Shown here piece after piece: positions 49,321 through 63,312 of a DNA stretch of 64,000 nucleotides; the stretch's first letter is position 1, and each line of letters starts with the position of its first letter. Source of the DNA: Selaginella moellendorffii (lineage: Eukaryota; Plantae; Lycopodiophyta); the NCBI RefSeq assembly GCF_000143415.4, contig NW_003314290.1, forward strand, positions 859,586 to 923,585. The letters run 5' to 3'. The notes beneath the pieces are model-generated. The model worked only from the letters and a program-made list of their open reading frames with translations. It was not told the origin of the DNA and ran no database searches. The translations under genes and the position numbers were made by a program.

Positions 49321-49639
49321 GCGCTATTGGTTTCTCACCAGTATTTAGCCTTGGATGGAATTTACCACCCACTTAAGGCTGCATTCCCAAACAGCCCGAC
49401 TCGCCGAAAGAGCCTCGTGATGCAGTAGGGTCCGGGCTAGACAGGGCTCTCACCCTCTCTGGCGTCCCGTTCCAAGGGACTTAAACCCGATCCGCTGCAG
49501 AGGACCCTTCTCCAGACTACAATTCGGGGTGTAGAGACACCCCGATTTCCAAGCTGGGCTCTTTCTGTTTCGCTCGCCGCTACTAGGGAAATCCGTGTTA
49601 GGAGCATACTCCATCCTTTCTTATCCTGCTTACTGATTA
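49243..49639 (-). pseudogene. Dispersed 25S/26S (LSU) rRNA 5'-region fragment
   Basis: Reverse complement of conserved LSU D1 flanks: tctttccctcgcggtacttg, gtatttagccttggatggaatttaccaccc, gctgcattcccaaaca, tcgctcgccgctactagggaaatc. Isolated, mutated, with a short insertion near 49602-49616. Confidence 0.93.
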
Positions 49640-50669
49640 TCTTAGAAGCTTTTTTCTCCCATACAAATTGGGCTTTGCTTCCTGCTAGTATGATCTAGAG
49701 AACAGAACATGAGGAACTTGTTGGGATAAAGATCTCTTCTATTCGTTGTGGGAGGATGCACAAGGCTTTTGTTTTTGGCAGTTTGATTCCTATTGTTTTG
49801 CAACTTGAGGTGCTCCTTGAGGGCTTTGATTGCAATCACTCTGAGTGGAGGAATTCTTGGGAATTGTATAAACAAATTAAAGAAAGTTTAGATCACAACT
49901 GTTAGATTGCTAGAATATACTTAGATATCCTATTCCTTGTACCAAAACTACTTCTCTAAACGGATATATCCAAAGATTGATGAGTTCTTTAAGAAATAAG
50001 TAAAGAAACTACTAGGAAGAGTAATGCCACTTTTTGCTCATAATATTTCTAATGTTTTCTTGGAGTATTTTCTTCTTACTTCTTTAACTAATTGTTCTTC
50101 ACTTTACTTTTGGATCATTCCTTACTACTAAAACCTCTCACAGAAAAAGTTTAATAAATAGAATATACTTGTTTTCATCTTCTTAAAGTTACTGTATATT
50201 ATTATTACATATTTATAAGGTCATTAGGTGGAGGTGTTGCAAGGGAAAACTCACCACACATTCAAGATCTCATTTAAAACATTAAGAAAATGTGTTATAT
50301 CATTAGTCTCAATAATGAATCTGCTGTAAACACACAGAATAATCTCTAAGTATATCCCCCACTTACACAACCAGAGGAAGGCTTTGACAAGACGAGAAGC
50401 CATGGCCTACAAGTTGGAAAAGAATAGCTAAATTCTGCTTATAGATGGAAGATAAAGGATGAAAAATGAGATGGTAGAGAGTCAATGAAAAAGGAAAATA
50501 TAAAGAAAAAAGTGTGGAGCTTGAAAATACCAAGGATAATGGATAAAAGAAAAAATAACAAAAGCTAAAAATAAAAAGCAATTTAAGAAAAGAGTTTCAC
50601 TTGAATCCCAACTTATAACATGTATAAGATTGTGTTTTAAGTATTTTTGACTCCCAAGATTAACTAAAA

Positions 50670-52734
50670 GTTCAAGTAGAAAAAGAGAAGAACAAGGATA
50701 TATTGCAAGACTATTTTTTGTAAACCATTTGGTTTATATAAGTTTTTGGTGATGTTGTTTGGTTTAAATAATGCTCCGATGACTTTCTAGTTGATGATGA
50801 AATATATTCTTTATAATATGCCAAAAGTAATTGTTGACTTTATAAATAATATCTTGATTCACTTGAAGGGACATGAGAGGAGCACATCCATGAAATTTGC
50901 AAAGTGTTTGATTAGCTACAGAAAGTTAGTTTGAAGTTCAAGTGGTCAAAGTGTGTGTTTGTGTCCAAAAACATAATTTATCTTAAGTATTATATTTTTT
51001 ATGAAAGTTTATAAATTAATCCTGACAAACTTATAGTTATTTTGAAGTTTCTTATTCCAAAGTGTATGAATAATGTGGAACACTTCTTTGGCACACTATA
51101 ACATTGTTTTTTATTTGATCTAAAGATTGCAAATAGGCATTAAAGATATGAAAGAAGTGTTAATGACTCCTCTAGCTTTAGTGTATTTTAACTACATTTG
51201 ACCTTTCATCTTGTGTATAGATACTTTTAATATTGGTTTTGAAGATGTGTGAAAGTAAAAGAACACAAGTGTGTATTATTAATATCATCCCATTATATAT
51301 ATCAGCTATACATTACAACCAACAAAGATGAATTATTCCATGATAAATGAGTGTCTAGTAGCAATTTAAGATTTTAAGAAACTCATGTGTACTTATATAG
51401 TTTTGAACATTGTTAGGGCAATTATGTTTTAGTCACTTTATTACAGAAGTAGAAAAACTTTTAAAGCTTCAAATATATAACTTTGAAATTATTAATTACC
51501 CAATAAATTCTATAGGTGATATTGAACTCTTTTTACATATTCTTGACAAGTTTATTATTCTAGTATTAGTGGATTTGTTGGATAAGGATATAGTGCCATC
51601 AACAGTTATTGTGTTTGATATTCAATATCTACAATGTGTAAAATTAGATTTATCTACATTTGATAAACTTTATAAGGTTTAAAAGGTTAAATTTTGGATT
51701 TGAAAGTTTTATGATGCATTTGAGAATTTTGCATCATTTATTAATGACTTGTCGTTTTGGCATTTACATTCTTACTATTACTTTAAGGATAACCTTCTTT
51801 ACTTTATGGGGATTGATCCTAAAAATAATACTTATAATCTTTATTTCATGCTTTCTTCATTATCATTGATTAAGAAGGTGTGTAGGTCTTTTTATTGGCT
51901 GGAGATGTGACTTAATATTATTTAGTATATCTATAGTTACATTTGATGTTAAGCTCGTGATTTCGTTTGGTTCTATTGGCTATTTATAAAAAGTGTTTAG
52001 ATTTGCTAGTTTGGCATATTTATAAAATGTAGAAACTGTCTTATTCATAATGGTGTTATTTCTACTTCCAGATTCACAATTTAACACCATTCCATATTTA
52101 ATAAGTTTTTTTGATTGTCCTCAAGACTAATTATTAGGACTGGTGTGAAAGCTTAAAGCATGCATTCCTCTAGTTTGGGAGGGGGGGTTGGGAGTGGGGG
52201 CAGGTTTCCAATTATATGGTAGGATGGCAGGGATAGTAAGTTATGCATGGTTAACCATTCTAAGGTATAGTTTAACTTGTGGTTGTTTTTGTCTTCACTC
52301 CTTAAACTATACACTCAAGAGTTATTCTGTGCTCTAGTTTTCTACACTCTTTGACTATATATATTTAGAAGTTTTACTCTGTCCCTTTGTGTAGTCCAAT
52401 GCCCTAAATTTGAATTTTACTCCACTGCTCTTGGTCCACATGTCCAAAGGTTTACATTCCACTCTATGGTTATCCCATAACAAATTATTATAGAGTAAAG
52501 GGTGCCTTAGTCAGGTGGTGCTCTAGCATTCTTGTCTAGAGTTAATTCTCTCAAATAATAATCCCATATTTGAGGTTGAGGTATTTTACAAGTTGATATC
52601 TCAATTGGGAATATATCAATCTTTAACATGTGTTTATTATTTGTAAATGGATAGTTTGGTGGAATAACTCATTTGGATTTCAAGGGAATAATTATAAAGT
52701 ATGTGAACTTTCAACAATCAAATTGCTATATCTT

Positions 52735-52823
<89 letters not shown>

Positions 52824-53310
52824 AGAAAAGTATAGAGTTTCATTTGTGCTTCACCATATAGACTTTTATATGGTCATAATTCTATATTAAATGAGATCAA
52901 GTTTACTTTTGTGATTGCTATGCGTTACTAATGCTAAATTCTAAGATCAATATGTAATAAGCATTCTTTCATTGGCTCGAGTTAAGTCTGTTAAATATTT
53001 AAGTCATATATAAGTGGGAAAAAAAATAGAGCTAGAACTCTCATCATCATCCATTTGCATAGTCCATAGTGGATAATCTAGTATTGGTTCATTTCCTTGA
53101 TTTTATGGTACATGATTTATCTAAAGGGCTCCTTCTTTAATGGATTGAATTGTATTAAGTGTTATAGTAAGTTGGATTTCAAATTTATGAGGTTTGGCAC
53201 AACATTCTAGCCAATCTTTCAAAAATTATATATATGTAACAATTTAACATTTCATACAAAGAGATCATAAATAAGGTGTATTATCTACAAATCCACTAGT
53301 GCATCCTATT
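50670..53310 (+). mobile_element. Heavily decayed second copy of the gypsy family at 23088-27985
   Basis: Colinear similarity, e.g. 50863 gaagggacatgagaggagcacatccatgaaa vs 25323 gaggggacgtgggaggagcacgttcgtgat; 53116 tttatctaaagggctcctt vs 27544. Confidence 0.85.
52737..52820. repeat. (AT)n microsatellite, about 42 units
   Basis: Perfect AT run. Confidence 0.98.
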
Positions 53311-54505
53311 AATGTTCCTTTTATTTTACTTATGAAAAATATATAAAATAAAACCAATAGATATAGTGGTATAGAAGAAAGTAAAGAATAAATAGAATTA
53401 AGAATTTAAAAATTCAAAACTTATCATAAATATTTTATTTTTATATATAAAATTTTATTTAATAAATATTTAATATTAAAAATATAAAGCTAAGAAAAGA
53501 AAGTGCTTAAAGTATAAATGGTGAAATATAATGTAGTAAAACAAATCAGTGATATTAAATAATATAGTGTAAAATAATTACATATTTCTTACAAATAAAA
53601 ATAAAAATTTGATTTAAAATTTAGAATCATTTCACTTGCAACATATAGTAGAATATTGTTCTTAATATGGACAGAATTATATTAAAATGTAACTTTTTAA
53701 AAATATTCCATCTTAAAAGAAAAAGAGTAACTCAGAGATTTGAAAGAGTAAATCATTAATTTAATATGTGAGCATATTATGTGCCTTATACATACTAACC
53801 CTACAGTCTTAAAAGGAAAAAAAATTTACTATTGTTATAAATTTTTAAATTAATGTTTATGGACAATCTGAAAGTCTTTATATGCTTCTAATTAGGCAAA
53901 GTATTTAAAACATGTATTCACCATTGTTGATAGTTACACAATGGAATCACCATACTAATGAAACTGAGCAATTTATGATTGTAAAGATATTATATACACT
54001 TCAAGTAACAATAGCAGAGTGGCCAGGAGACATGAGCTATGCTTTTCCCTGCTCCTCCCAATTAAAAAAACTAGCAAGTCATGACTTTAACAATAAGGTT
54101 TGCTCTTCAACATTGCAAATGGTTTTGCTAATTACATACATTGACTTTCATTGACTTTCATTGACTTCCAAGCTCTTAGCCCGTGCCCAGAATTTGCTGG
54201 GCTAATCTACTTATAAAAGGTTAATTGAATACTTTCAACTGTCACACTTTTGTCGTTTGCCAGAATATATACCCAATTAGTCAGCGCAAATATTTCCACA
54301 TATCCCCAGGCATATATACTGATTTGCAATATCCGTGCACGGAAGCTAGCACACCAAAGAAGACTTCCTCTCCAGAGGACCACAAGAAAGGTGGCCAAGT
54401 AATAGGTGCTTGATTTTATACACGTTGTGTCACGTTCCTTATTTTTTGGAAAAGATCACTCCTTGTTCTTTTTCATGGGGATCTTCATATCTTTTGTTTG
54501 TTTCC

Positions 54506-57408
54506 TTATATAAAGTAGACCATGCCAACCTTGAGGAGCCTCGTATGTGGAATGTTGAGGATGAGAGTGCTCTCCCTAAAGTTTTTCCGGAGGAAGGCAT
54601 AACCGTAGTCCACCACAAACTTGTTGATAAAGCTCGAGTCCTCGCGAGCTCTCACATCGTTGTCGCCCAACAAGTATACGACCCCAGCTTTCCGGGACTC
54701 CTCGAGAAATCCTAGCTCCTCCACCACTCCCCTGCCTGGTATAGCGATCGCGCTCTCCTCTGGAGCTTGCGGTGGCGATAACTGGAGAGAAACCGGATAG
54801 ATCGCCACACTGCAGCTGTCCGTGTCGGCCTCGCCCAAATCCCTGGCCTCCATTTGCTTCCCATCGTCCTCAATGCTTATAAACTCGGCCAAGCTCTTGA
54901 AGAGATCCTCCTCAAACTGGGTGTCGCCCCTGTGACAATCCTTGTAGCCATACCTTGCAATGCAGCGATACATCCGAAACTCCTTGGACCCGACCCTTCT
55001 AAACAAGAACCTCTCCTCCGACAAAACGTTGCTCACAGGCAAGTTTTTGATCGTCACGAACATGATCACTGAGTGCATTGCCGGGAGATTCGTAATGTAG
55101 TGCGAGAAGATGGAAGGGATTCCTTGTGCAAGCTCCGTGTAGACCAATCCAACTCCACGAACTCGGGAGACTCCCAGGTTTGACCCCAGCCCGGTGATCC
55201 AGTCCATGGAGATCTTGTTGTCTAGCTCGTATTTGTAGCGCTTGGAGTTTCCACTGAACCAAATGACCATGACCGTGAGGAAGAGCACTGCGAAGAGGAG
55301 TGGAAGCCATCCTCCATCTTTAAACTTGTAGACCACAGCAGAGAAATACGTGAATTCCACACTCCAGTAGACGAGGAGATAGAGTAGAGCTAGAAACAAT
55401 TGTGTCTTCCATATCAAAACCATGATAATCGTTGTAAAAGTGGTGGTAACAGCCATGTCCATAACCACACATATTCCTGAAAGAAAACAAAGAGAGACAA
55501 TAGAGATTTAAACGGTGGTGGAAGAAAGAAAGAAAGAACTAACCATATGCGTTTCCAATTGTTGTAGTGTCTCTGAAGGCCGCAGTGATAAGTACACAAG
55601 CACACATCAGGAACCAATTCATCTCCGGGATATAAACTTGACCCACGAAGTTTTTCGAGGTGTGAACGACCTTGATCCGTGGGAAGCATCCCAATGCCTC
55701 GGCCTGCTTGATGATCTGAAACACCGCCGAGATCATTGCCTGGCTCGCGATGATCGCTGCAAGCACTGCTACTACAAACATTGGCCAGTACAAAGGCTCT
55801 GGAACAAATAGGATAAAGTGGTGTCAAGCTCTAGAGATTCGACAGAATAAACTTACTTGGAACTGATTTGTAGAAAGCTCTTCCAACGTCCTCTGGATGC
55901 TCCATGAGATAGGCAGCTTGGCCAATGTAAGCAAGGAGAAGTGAAGGATAAACGTAGGTTGTGAAGGCGATTTGGATCGAAGGAACCGTAAAATGGCCCA
56001 AGTCCGCAAACATGGCCTCAGTTCCTGGTGTGGAGCAGCAGTGTCACGATTTTAGAAGGCAAAAACCAAAGAAAAAGAAGGAAGAGGTCTCACAAACCTG
56101 TGATGCAAAGAACAACTCCTCCCAGCGAGATGAATCCTTCCCGCTTGTTGGTCTTGAAGTAGTCGAAGATGTACTTGGGATTGAAGGCGGCGAGAACTCC
56201 ATGATCGTGGTGAATTAAGTTGTAGAGGCCGATCATAGCGATCATGGCAAACCAGATCGTGAGTACTGGAGCAAACATGAAGCCGACCTTGTCCGTGCCA
56301 AACCGCTGGACGCTAAACAGGCAGATGAGAATGACGATGGAAACCACGACAATCACACCTGATAGTCAACCATGGTTTCTCGTTAGAACACTAGAAACGT
56401 AGGCAACGAATAACAAGTTAGAGCACTAGAAACATAAGAAACAAACAACAAATTTAAAGAGAAAAGAGAAGATGAATTCTTACTTTGGCTGAGGTTTGGA
56501 ACTTGGACTTGGATTCCTTGCACAGCAGAGAGCACTGGAAAGATAAAAATAAAACCAGAATTTTCCAAGTGATCGATGAAAAAGCTGTGAATTTCTTCTT
56601 ACCAGAGATGGAGGGGGTGAGAGTTCCATCGCCGATAACCATACAAGTTCCAAAGAAGGTGATCATCAGAAGCACGACGTGGACGGCCTTGTGTCCCTCT
56701 AGAAAATTCTTGATCCAGATCCCTCGTCGAATCTTTCGCTGGTTCGGCAAGTCGAGCTTGTACGCCGACAAGTTTTTGTCCTCGGGGTGTCTCTTGCCCA
56801 TCAAATCGACGTTGGCATTTCGACAAATCAACGAGTAGAGCGCAAACGCACCACCTGATCTCCACAACAAAAAGCACAGGAACTTTGAGAAGATCCAAAC
56901 AAAAACGCAATAGCAAAGCTACCTTCGCCGTTATCATTGGCTCGAAGAACAACGAACACGTATTTGATGAGGGGGCTCAGGGTGAGAGTGTAGATGATGA
57001 GCGAGAGCACGCCAAGAACGTTGGTTTTCAAGTGATCCCGCGAGATACCGCCAGGGAAAGTGCTGCTAAACACGTAGAGCGGCGAGGTTCCAATGTCGCC
57101 ATACACCACACCGATCGTTTGGAATGCCAGGCGGAGGATCACCGCCCTCGTCAAGATCTGGAAACCACATTCCTTGGTCATTTCAAAAGATCGAGATCAA
57201 GAAAAGAAGAGGAGAACTCGAGGGGTCGACGTTTCGATCGTTTCAATCGATTGGGGGAGGAGAAAGAAAAAGCTACCTTCCGTCCATGGTTCTCCATGCC
57301 CGTGACCTTCCCCGCATCACGCTCCAGCGAATCCATCCGGCCGAGCTTCTTCGACGAGGAGATTCGTGGCGGCGGGCTGTGGCTTGATTCCATGTCGGTG
57401 TCTTCCAT
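54506..57408 (-). CDS. HAK: KUP/HAK/KT potassium transporter (HAK5-like clade), multi-exon
   Basis: [88 protein letters not shown]. Confidence 0.97.
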
Positions 57409-58520
57409 AGCCGGCGAGAGGAGAAAGAAGAGCTCTCGTGAAAGGGATCACGAGCGAGAGCAGAAAAAGAGGAGAGAAAAAGCTCTCAAATCGATGGAAG
57501 AATCATCGTCGAATGGAAGATCAAACAAATAACTCTCCCTCTCTCCCTCTCCCTCTCACCCTCCCTCTCCCAGAGACCAAACCAAGGATGAAACAAAGCT
57601 ATGGTGGAGAAACGGGAGAGAAGAATGCTCTGCTCTCACATTTATAGGTATTACTATCTCCGCGTAGTTAACGTGTTAACCAATGGTTAACTTGTGCGGG
57701 CCAAATTTTCCGCCACACTTTCAACGTATTCTCGTGGCATATTCACATTCGAGACCGCGAGAGAGAGAGGGTGACATGAATTACCCTAAAACTCACCCAC
57801 TGGGCAGCTTCTCAAGTTGTCGCCCTCGCCCCACGTCTCGGAAATCTCGAGTCCACTCTACAGTCTCGTGCGACAATTTAGTCATCGCACGCCCAGGTTC
57901 ATCCGAAAATATGCTGCCGCTGCATACAAACAAACCGCGCATTTCTTAAGACTTGTTTTGGTCTATTTTGCAGAAGTCGCTGTCCCTTGCAAATGTAGAT
58001 CCGTTTCCATCCATCGCATGAGAAGAGAAGTTGGCAGCGTCACATCCAACGCATTTGCATTGCATCACAGCCAACAAACAGCTAACGAGTTTGGACCAGG
58101 GCACGGACACCCTTGCGGAACCCTAGAAAGTCCGCCACCTTTCCCACAAGCTTTGCACTGGTGGCGGTGAAGCAAAGATCATGGCTCCCAAACTTTTCCT
58201 TTAAAAGCGGCAACGCATTTAGTTTGACATTAATTTTAGGGCACGGCGGTCAACGCCCGTCACCGCCCTTCATCTCGCCCGTCGCGCGACGGGCGGTGGT
58301 GGGTAACCGGATTTTCCGTTCTTGCACAGAAAATATCTGTGTAGAGCGGATTCTTGAATGACGTGTTGAGAAGGGAGCGGGCGTGGCACGCATATTCCCG
58401 CTAGATTCGTCCTGGGCTGTGGCGCTTTCAGATCGATCGATTCCAGCGCGCGGTTCCAAGCACGAGAAAGAAAGAGCTTCTTCTCCCAGCCCAGAAAGAG
58501 AGCGAGTTTCTTTTCTGGCG

Positions 58521-59021
58521 ATGGAGAAAGCGAGCAAGAAACGATGCCTGGATCATCTCCTCCTCCTCCAAGGTGAGAGCAACGATCAGTTCTTAGAAGA
58601 TGACATCTCCGGGCGATCGTTGGGTGGGCCTCCTCCTCCGATCAAGCGGCGGTGCTCCTCCTCTCTGGAGCTCCATTGCGAGGATCTCCATCTCCTTCTC
58701 GCATCCCCGAAGGAGGACGATGATCAGCAGGATCCCAACTGGGCGATCTTGCGCAACGACGACTCCGACTCCTCCAGTGATCAGAGCAAGCAGAGCAGCG
58801 ATCTGGGCGAGGGGCTCGGGATCGCGATCCAAGAGCCGCTGTCGCCATTTCTCGGCGAGGCGCAAGGAGCGGCAGGAGATTGCTACTGGCCGCAGTGTGA
58901 TCTGGATCAAGCGTCCAAGGGGGCGATCGAGGACCAGGAGTGGATGAAGAGGGCAGTGGCGTCGATCGAGCCCTGCGCTTCTTCCTTTATCGATTGCTGC
59001 GTAGAGTTCTTTCTAGATTAA
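58521..59021 (+). CDS. Intronless acidic hypothetical protein (166 aa)
   Basis: GC-rich ORF, ATG in good context (gcgATGG), basic KKR motifs and acidic tail; family not recognised. Confidence 0.6.
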   Translation: MEKASKKRCLDHLLLLQGESNDQFLEDDISGRSLGGPPPPIKRRCSSSLELHCEDLHLLLASPKEDDDQQDPNWAILRNDDSDSSSDQSKQSSDLGEGLGIAIQEPLSPFLGEAQGAAGDCYWPQCDLDQASKGAIEDQEWMKRAVASIEPCASSFIDCCVEFFLD

Positions 59022-59064
59022 AGTGCTTCTAGGGCTCTCCGTTTTCTTTGCATTTCAAAACTGT

Positions 59065-59225
59065 GCACGACGTGTCACCCACGGTAAGTGCTGACGTGGT
59101 GATGACTTGGCGGTGACGCGGCGGGCGGATAGGTTTGAATTTGGATTAAATCCACGCCCTCCACGTCACCGCCTGGCACGATTTTGTAAGCTCCTTCCAG
59201 GGGGCCAAGAACTAGTATATAGCGC
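59065..59225 (+). promoter_or_regulatory. ACGT-core (ABRE/G-box-like) cluster and TATA box upstream of the TSJT1/AILP1-like gene
   Basis: gacgtgtc, tgacgtgg and ccacgtca, then tatatag at about 59216; 5'-UTR intron 59289-59367. Confidence 0.55.
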
Positions 59226-59388
59226 CGCTCCAGCCCTAGCTCATTGCAAGGTAGCTCGATTGATCGCTTTACCTACTTTTCGATCCAGGTGAGTTTCCTG
59301 CCATTCTTGCTCGGAATGTTAGCGCGATCGCGCATCGGCTCAGAGATTTCGTGTTTCTTGCGCTAGGTTTCGGGGATTCTTCGCAAGA

Positions 59389-60321
59389 ATGCTGGGCGTC
59401 TTTCACAAATCGGTCGCGGCGGGACCAGTGGAGCTCTCGGCCCCGGGAAGCGTGGATGATGATCGCCGGAAGAGCGGCGCCCAGATTTTGCAGTCATTCA
59501 CCTCGGCGATCCCACAGGCGGCATCGGTGCAGCTGGATGGGCTTAGCGCAATGGCTTATTCTCACGAAAAGCAAGCTCTTCTCAAGCCACGGTAGGAATG
59601 GAACTTTGGAAACTTTTTTTTTCACGTTGTGGTCCTTGTTCTTGGCAGAGCTTTCGCAGTTCTGGATGATATCTTTTGCATCTTCGTCGGTGTTCTGGAA
59701 AATCTTCCAGCGCTCAGGCAGCTCTACGGCCTCACGAAGAATGTGTGTGAGGTGACGCTGGTGATTGAAATGTACAAGGCCCTGCGAGATCGGGCTCCAT
59801 ATCCTGCGCATCAAGTTGTCAAGGATCTCTCTGGCCAGTTTGCATTCGTTCTCTTCGACAATGCGACCAAAACGCTGCTTGTGGCAAACGTAAGAACTCC
59901 TCCCTGTCCTGGGCGCGTTTATTTGCTAACGTTGAAGCTACACTCAGGATGACAAGGGCAAGGTTCCATTTTTCTGGGGCATTGCTGCCGACGAATCACT
60001 TGCATTCTCGGATAATGCAGATCTCTTGAGGAATGGTTGCGGCAAATCGTTTGCTCCATTCCCGGCTGGTAAGTTCTTCGAAAGTTTTTGTGAATCCGAT
60101 CGAATATTTCTCTTTTTCTCTCTCTTCTAGGATGTTTCTTCACAACTGGAGGTGGCTTGCGAAGCTTCGAGCACCCTTTAAACGCTCTGAAACCGGTGCC
60201 ACGAGTGGACAGCCAGGGACAGATGTGTGGCTCCACTTTCAAAGTGGACGAGTCACGCAAAGATCAACCGCGAAGTCTTCCTCGGGTCGGGAGCGACGCC
60301 TCGTGGGGAGCCGCCTGCTGA
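59389..60321 (+). CDS. TSJT1/Wali7/aluminium-induced protein (DUF3700, Ntn-hydrolase-like), 4 coding exons
   Basis: MLGVFHKSVA, LRQLYGL, VIEMYKALRDRAPYP, GCGKSFAPFPAGCFF, LRSFEHPLN, PRVDSQGQMCGSTFKVD, LPRVGS. Confidence 0.95.
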
Positions 60322-62043
60322 CAAGGTGTTTCAAGTTAAGACCATCTCCTTTTTCTTCTTTTCTCCCCGTGAACAGAATCACAGATTGCCGTGGGACATC
60401 ACAAGTTCTTCGTGCTTGTCTGCAAAGATCAGGACACAAGCTTAGAACTCCCAGTTTTGACTTGGTTGGCTCTTTTTTTTCCTAGTCAATTCTGTCACAA
60501 TTCCAGTGCTGGCTTCTTCTAGGCAATGCAGCGAGAAAAAATCTCCCTTTTTTCTTGCACTGCTCGGGAGATCACACCACACACGTACACGAATCGAGCG
60601 ATTTCTTTCTTTTGTGCGCCTTTTAGCGTAGCTAGAATGGGTCCATATAAAAATCGGCGAATCCATTAACACGTTGCGGCCCACTAGCTCCTTCATTGAA
60701 TTAGAGACGTATACGCAACTCCTTTCCCTAAAATTTGGATGTTTTGCCCTAAACTTTGCATTACTACGCGGCGGCGCGCGATTGGGTCCCACTCCCCACC
60801 GGCCGGCAAAGAAACCGGGCGGCGGCTCGCGATTGGCTGCCCAGATTTTGCCGCTTGACACGTGGCACCACGATACCGCCGGCCAAGTCGTTTTTATCTT
60901 TGTCCGGGCCCTGTCTTATTTCGGCCATGCATGGTCATGATGAGTCATGCCCAGGCATGGCATTTTGTCATTGGGTCCTTCCCACTCGGCGACAAAAGAG
61001 AGAATCCAGCGGCCGCTAGATACCCTATCTTGGACGGGATCGAACCCGATACCCTTTCTTGGTGAGAGTTCTTTTGTTTCCACACAGCAGCATTGTCGTT
61101 CTTGGGAGATCCTTTGTGGTTTGGGAGGATTATTCCAACGAGATGCGCACGGACCATCGTCAAACGCAAAGAATGGAGACTTTAGGTAGTCTAAGTACTC
61201 TTGATCTAGTACATATTGACCTTGTCTACGACTGATTGATTGATCCGACCAGCGCATATATCCAGTCCAAATTTCAGACTTGCCGCTCAAGCAAACCCTA
61301 GTGCTTTGGAAGCCACCAAATCACTAAAGAATTTTTTTCAATCGATTACTCCACCGCCACCCACTAGCAAACCAGCAACATCGTTTTTTTAGGTCACGGA
61401 CGCCAGGCAGAGATTCCAATGCGCCGCATTTCCGCGGTAAATTAAAACCGCCCAAATTTCCCAAGCTTTAGGCCCGAAAGACACGCCGACGTGGCAGGCG
61501 CGCTAGCGGTGTGTTACACGTGGCAGTAGCTGGACCGGTGGATTTAGCGGGACCGACCCCGCTGTACACCGCCACATCAAATTTGGGTGCGCCTGATCGA
61601 CAAGACAGCTCGAAACGGGCGACACGTGTCAGGGGTTCCGCCGTTGGATGCGGCGGATCGGACCGCTGGCGCCCGCCAGCCATCTTTAACATTGTGATGT
61701 CTCAGTATATACACACGCGAGGGAAATTCCGGGGCCTCGTGATTGGAAGGAAGAAAGAGAGGGAGAGAAGGCGCGATCGAGGCGACGATCGATCGCGAGA
61801 GTGAGAAGGCCGCATTAGATCGTAGCGAGATCAATCGTTAGCGAAGAAGGTGATCTTACCGCGAGGCCGGATCTAGGATTGCGTGTTCTTCACTCCTTTC
61901 TTTTGCTTTCTTTGCCTTGATTCTTCGCGAGATTTCGAGAGCGATGCATGGCCTTCTTGCTTCCCTGGCCCTGCATTGATCGATCCACCACTGGAGGGAG
62001 ATTTATTTGCATGTCGTAGCGCAGATTTCTGGAAGATCTTCCC

Positions 62044-63312
62044 ATGCCGGGTCCCAAGATGAAGCAGCCGGAGCGTGAATCGATCAAGAACGTGTGCCCG
62101 AGGCGAGTTCGCGTTGTGTGCTGCGATCCCGATGCCACAGACTCCTCGTCGGGCGAGGAGGATCACCAAGAACAGGGAAAGAAGGCGATGCCTGGATGTG
62201 GCAGAGCACGGGTAGACGGCGATCTTGTCGCCGCGACGACGACGATGATCTCCTCGGATAGCGAGGAGGAGAGGGATCTGGCCGTGGTTCCCAGCTACAT
62301 TAGCGTCTTTCGAGCGCACGCCATGGCCGATCTCGAGGAGAAGACGCGATATTTCGTGCGGCCGGTGCCCAAGATCGAGCCGGATGCCACCACGGACACC
62401 GAGGAGCAGGGATATTTCGCGAAGCCGGCGCCAGCGCCAGCGAAGATCGCGAAGAAATCCGTGAGGAGTAGCAGCAGCAAGAAGCGGAAGATCGTGGAGA
62501 GGGACGATGGCCCGCGGCCAAAGTACCGGGGCGTGAGGCAGAGGCCGTGGGGGAAATGGGCGGCGGAGATTCGCGATTTCTCGCGGGGGATTCGAGTGTG
62601 GCTGGGGACTTTCGACACTGCCGAGGCGGCGGCGGAGGCCTACGATCGCGCGGCGCGGCGGATGAAAGGGCCGAGCGCGCAGACCAATTTTGGGCTGGAT
62701 GGGAGGAGGATCGTGGAGCCGGGCAAGGTAGAGGAGCTCAAGCTCCGGCTCAAGGCAGCGGCGGAGCGCCCGGCGGCGGCGATGGAGCTGGTGTGCCGCA
62801 CGAATCGGCAGGAGATCGATGGCATCGACGCGATAGCGATCGAGCCAGCGATCGAGGAGCCAAACAGGAGATTCGTGGAGGAGGAGAGAGATTCGTGCTC
62901 GAGCATGGGTGGCAGCGCAATGACGAGGGTCGAGGCGATCAAGAAGGAAGTAACTGATGAGGACGAGGAGGAAGATCTCTCCTCCTCGAGCTGGGATTTG
63001 TTTAGCAGCAGATCCCCGGTCTCGGTTCTTGCGAGCTCCGACCCTTTTGGAGGAGCTTTCTTTTCCGAGTCGATCGAGGAGCTCCAGGGGAGCGATTTGA
63101 GCGAGCTGGCGATGGGGCTGGAGCGTCAGCAAGGAGGCTTGGATGATTTTCCAAGCATTTTTGATGGATCGTCGTTCCGGCTGGACGATCCTCCGGTGGT
63201 GGGCGACATGGATGTGAATCTGGGAGAGCTGGGCGATGAGCTAGACGCGGGCTTTGTCCCGGATTCCTTCGTGGCGATGTTACTCGAAGAGCCTTCGTCT
63301 TCCACTACTTGA
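62044..63312 (+). CDS. AP2/ERF transcription factor, cytokinin response factor (CRF) type
   Basis: CRF domain [19 protein letters not shown]; AP2 domain [19 protein letters not shown]...[17 protein letters not shown]; SPVSVL motif. Confidence 0.95.
   Translation: MPGPKMKQPERESIKNVCPRRVRVVCCDPDATDSSSGEEDHQEQGKKAMPGCGRARVDGDLVAATTTMISSDSEEERDLAVVPSYISVFRAHAMADLEEKTRYFVRPVPKIEPDATTDTEEQGYFAKPAPAPAKIAKKSVRSSSSKKRKIVERDDGPRPKYRGVRQRPWGKWAAEIRDFSRGIRVWLGTFDTAEAAAEAYDRAARRMKGPSAQTNFGLDGRRIVEPGKVEELKLRLKAAAERPAAAMELVCRTNRQEIDGIDAIAIEPAIEEPNRRFVEEERDSCSSMGGSAMTRVEAIKKEVTDEDEEEDLSSSSWDLFSSRSPVSVLASSDPFGGAFFSESIEELQGSDLSELAMGLERQQGGLDDFPSIFDGSSFRLDDPPVVGDMDVNLGELGDELDAGFVPDSFVAMLLEEPSSSTT

Noticed and set aside
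49243-49639. Functional rDNA unit
   Set aside because: Only about 0.4 kb of LSU, mutated, with no 5.8S, ITS or 18S neighbours.
52630-52890. ORFs with (IY)n
   Set aside because: Translation of the (AT)n microsatellite.
61000-61075. tRNA-like GGTTCGATCCC on the minus strand
   Set aside because: Only a T-arm-like hairpin is present; no convincing acceptor stem, D-arm/A-box or anticodon arm.
61873-63132. 419-aa antisense ORF (likewise 34943-36031 and others over GC-rich genes)
   Set aside because: Shadow ORFs opposite well-supported GC-rich coding exons.
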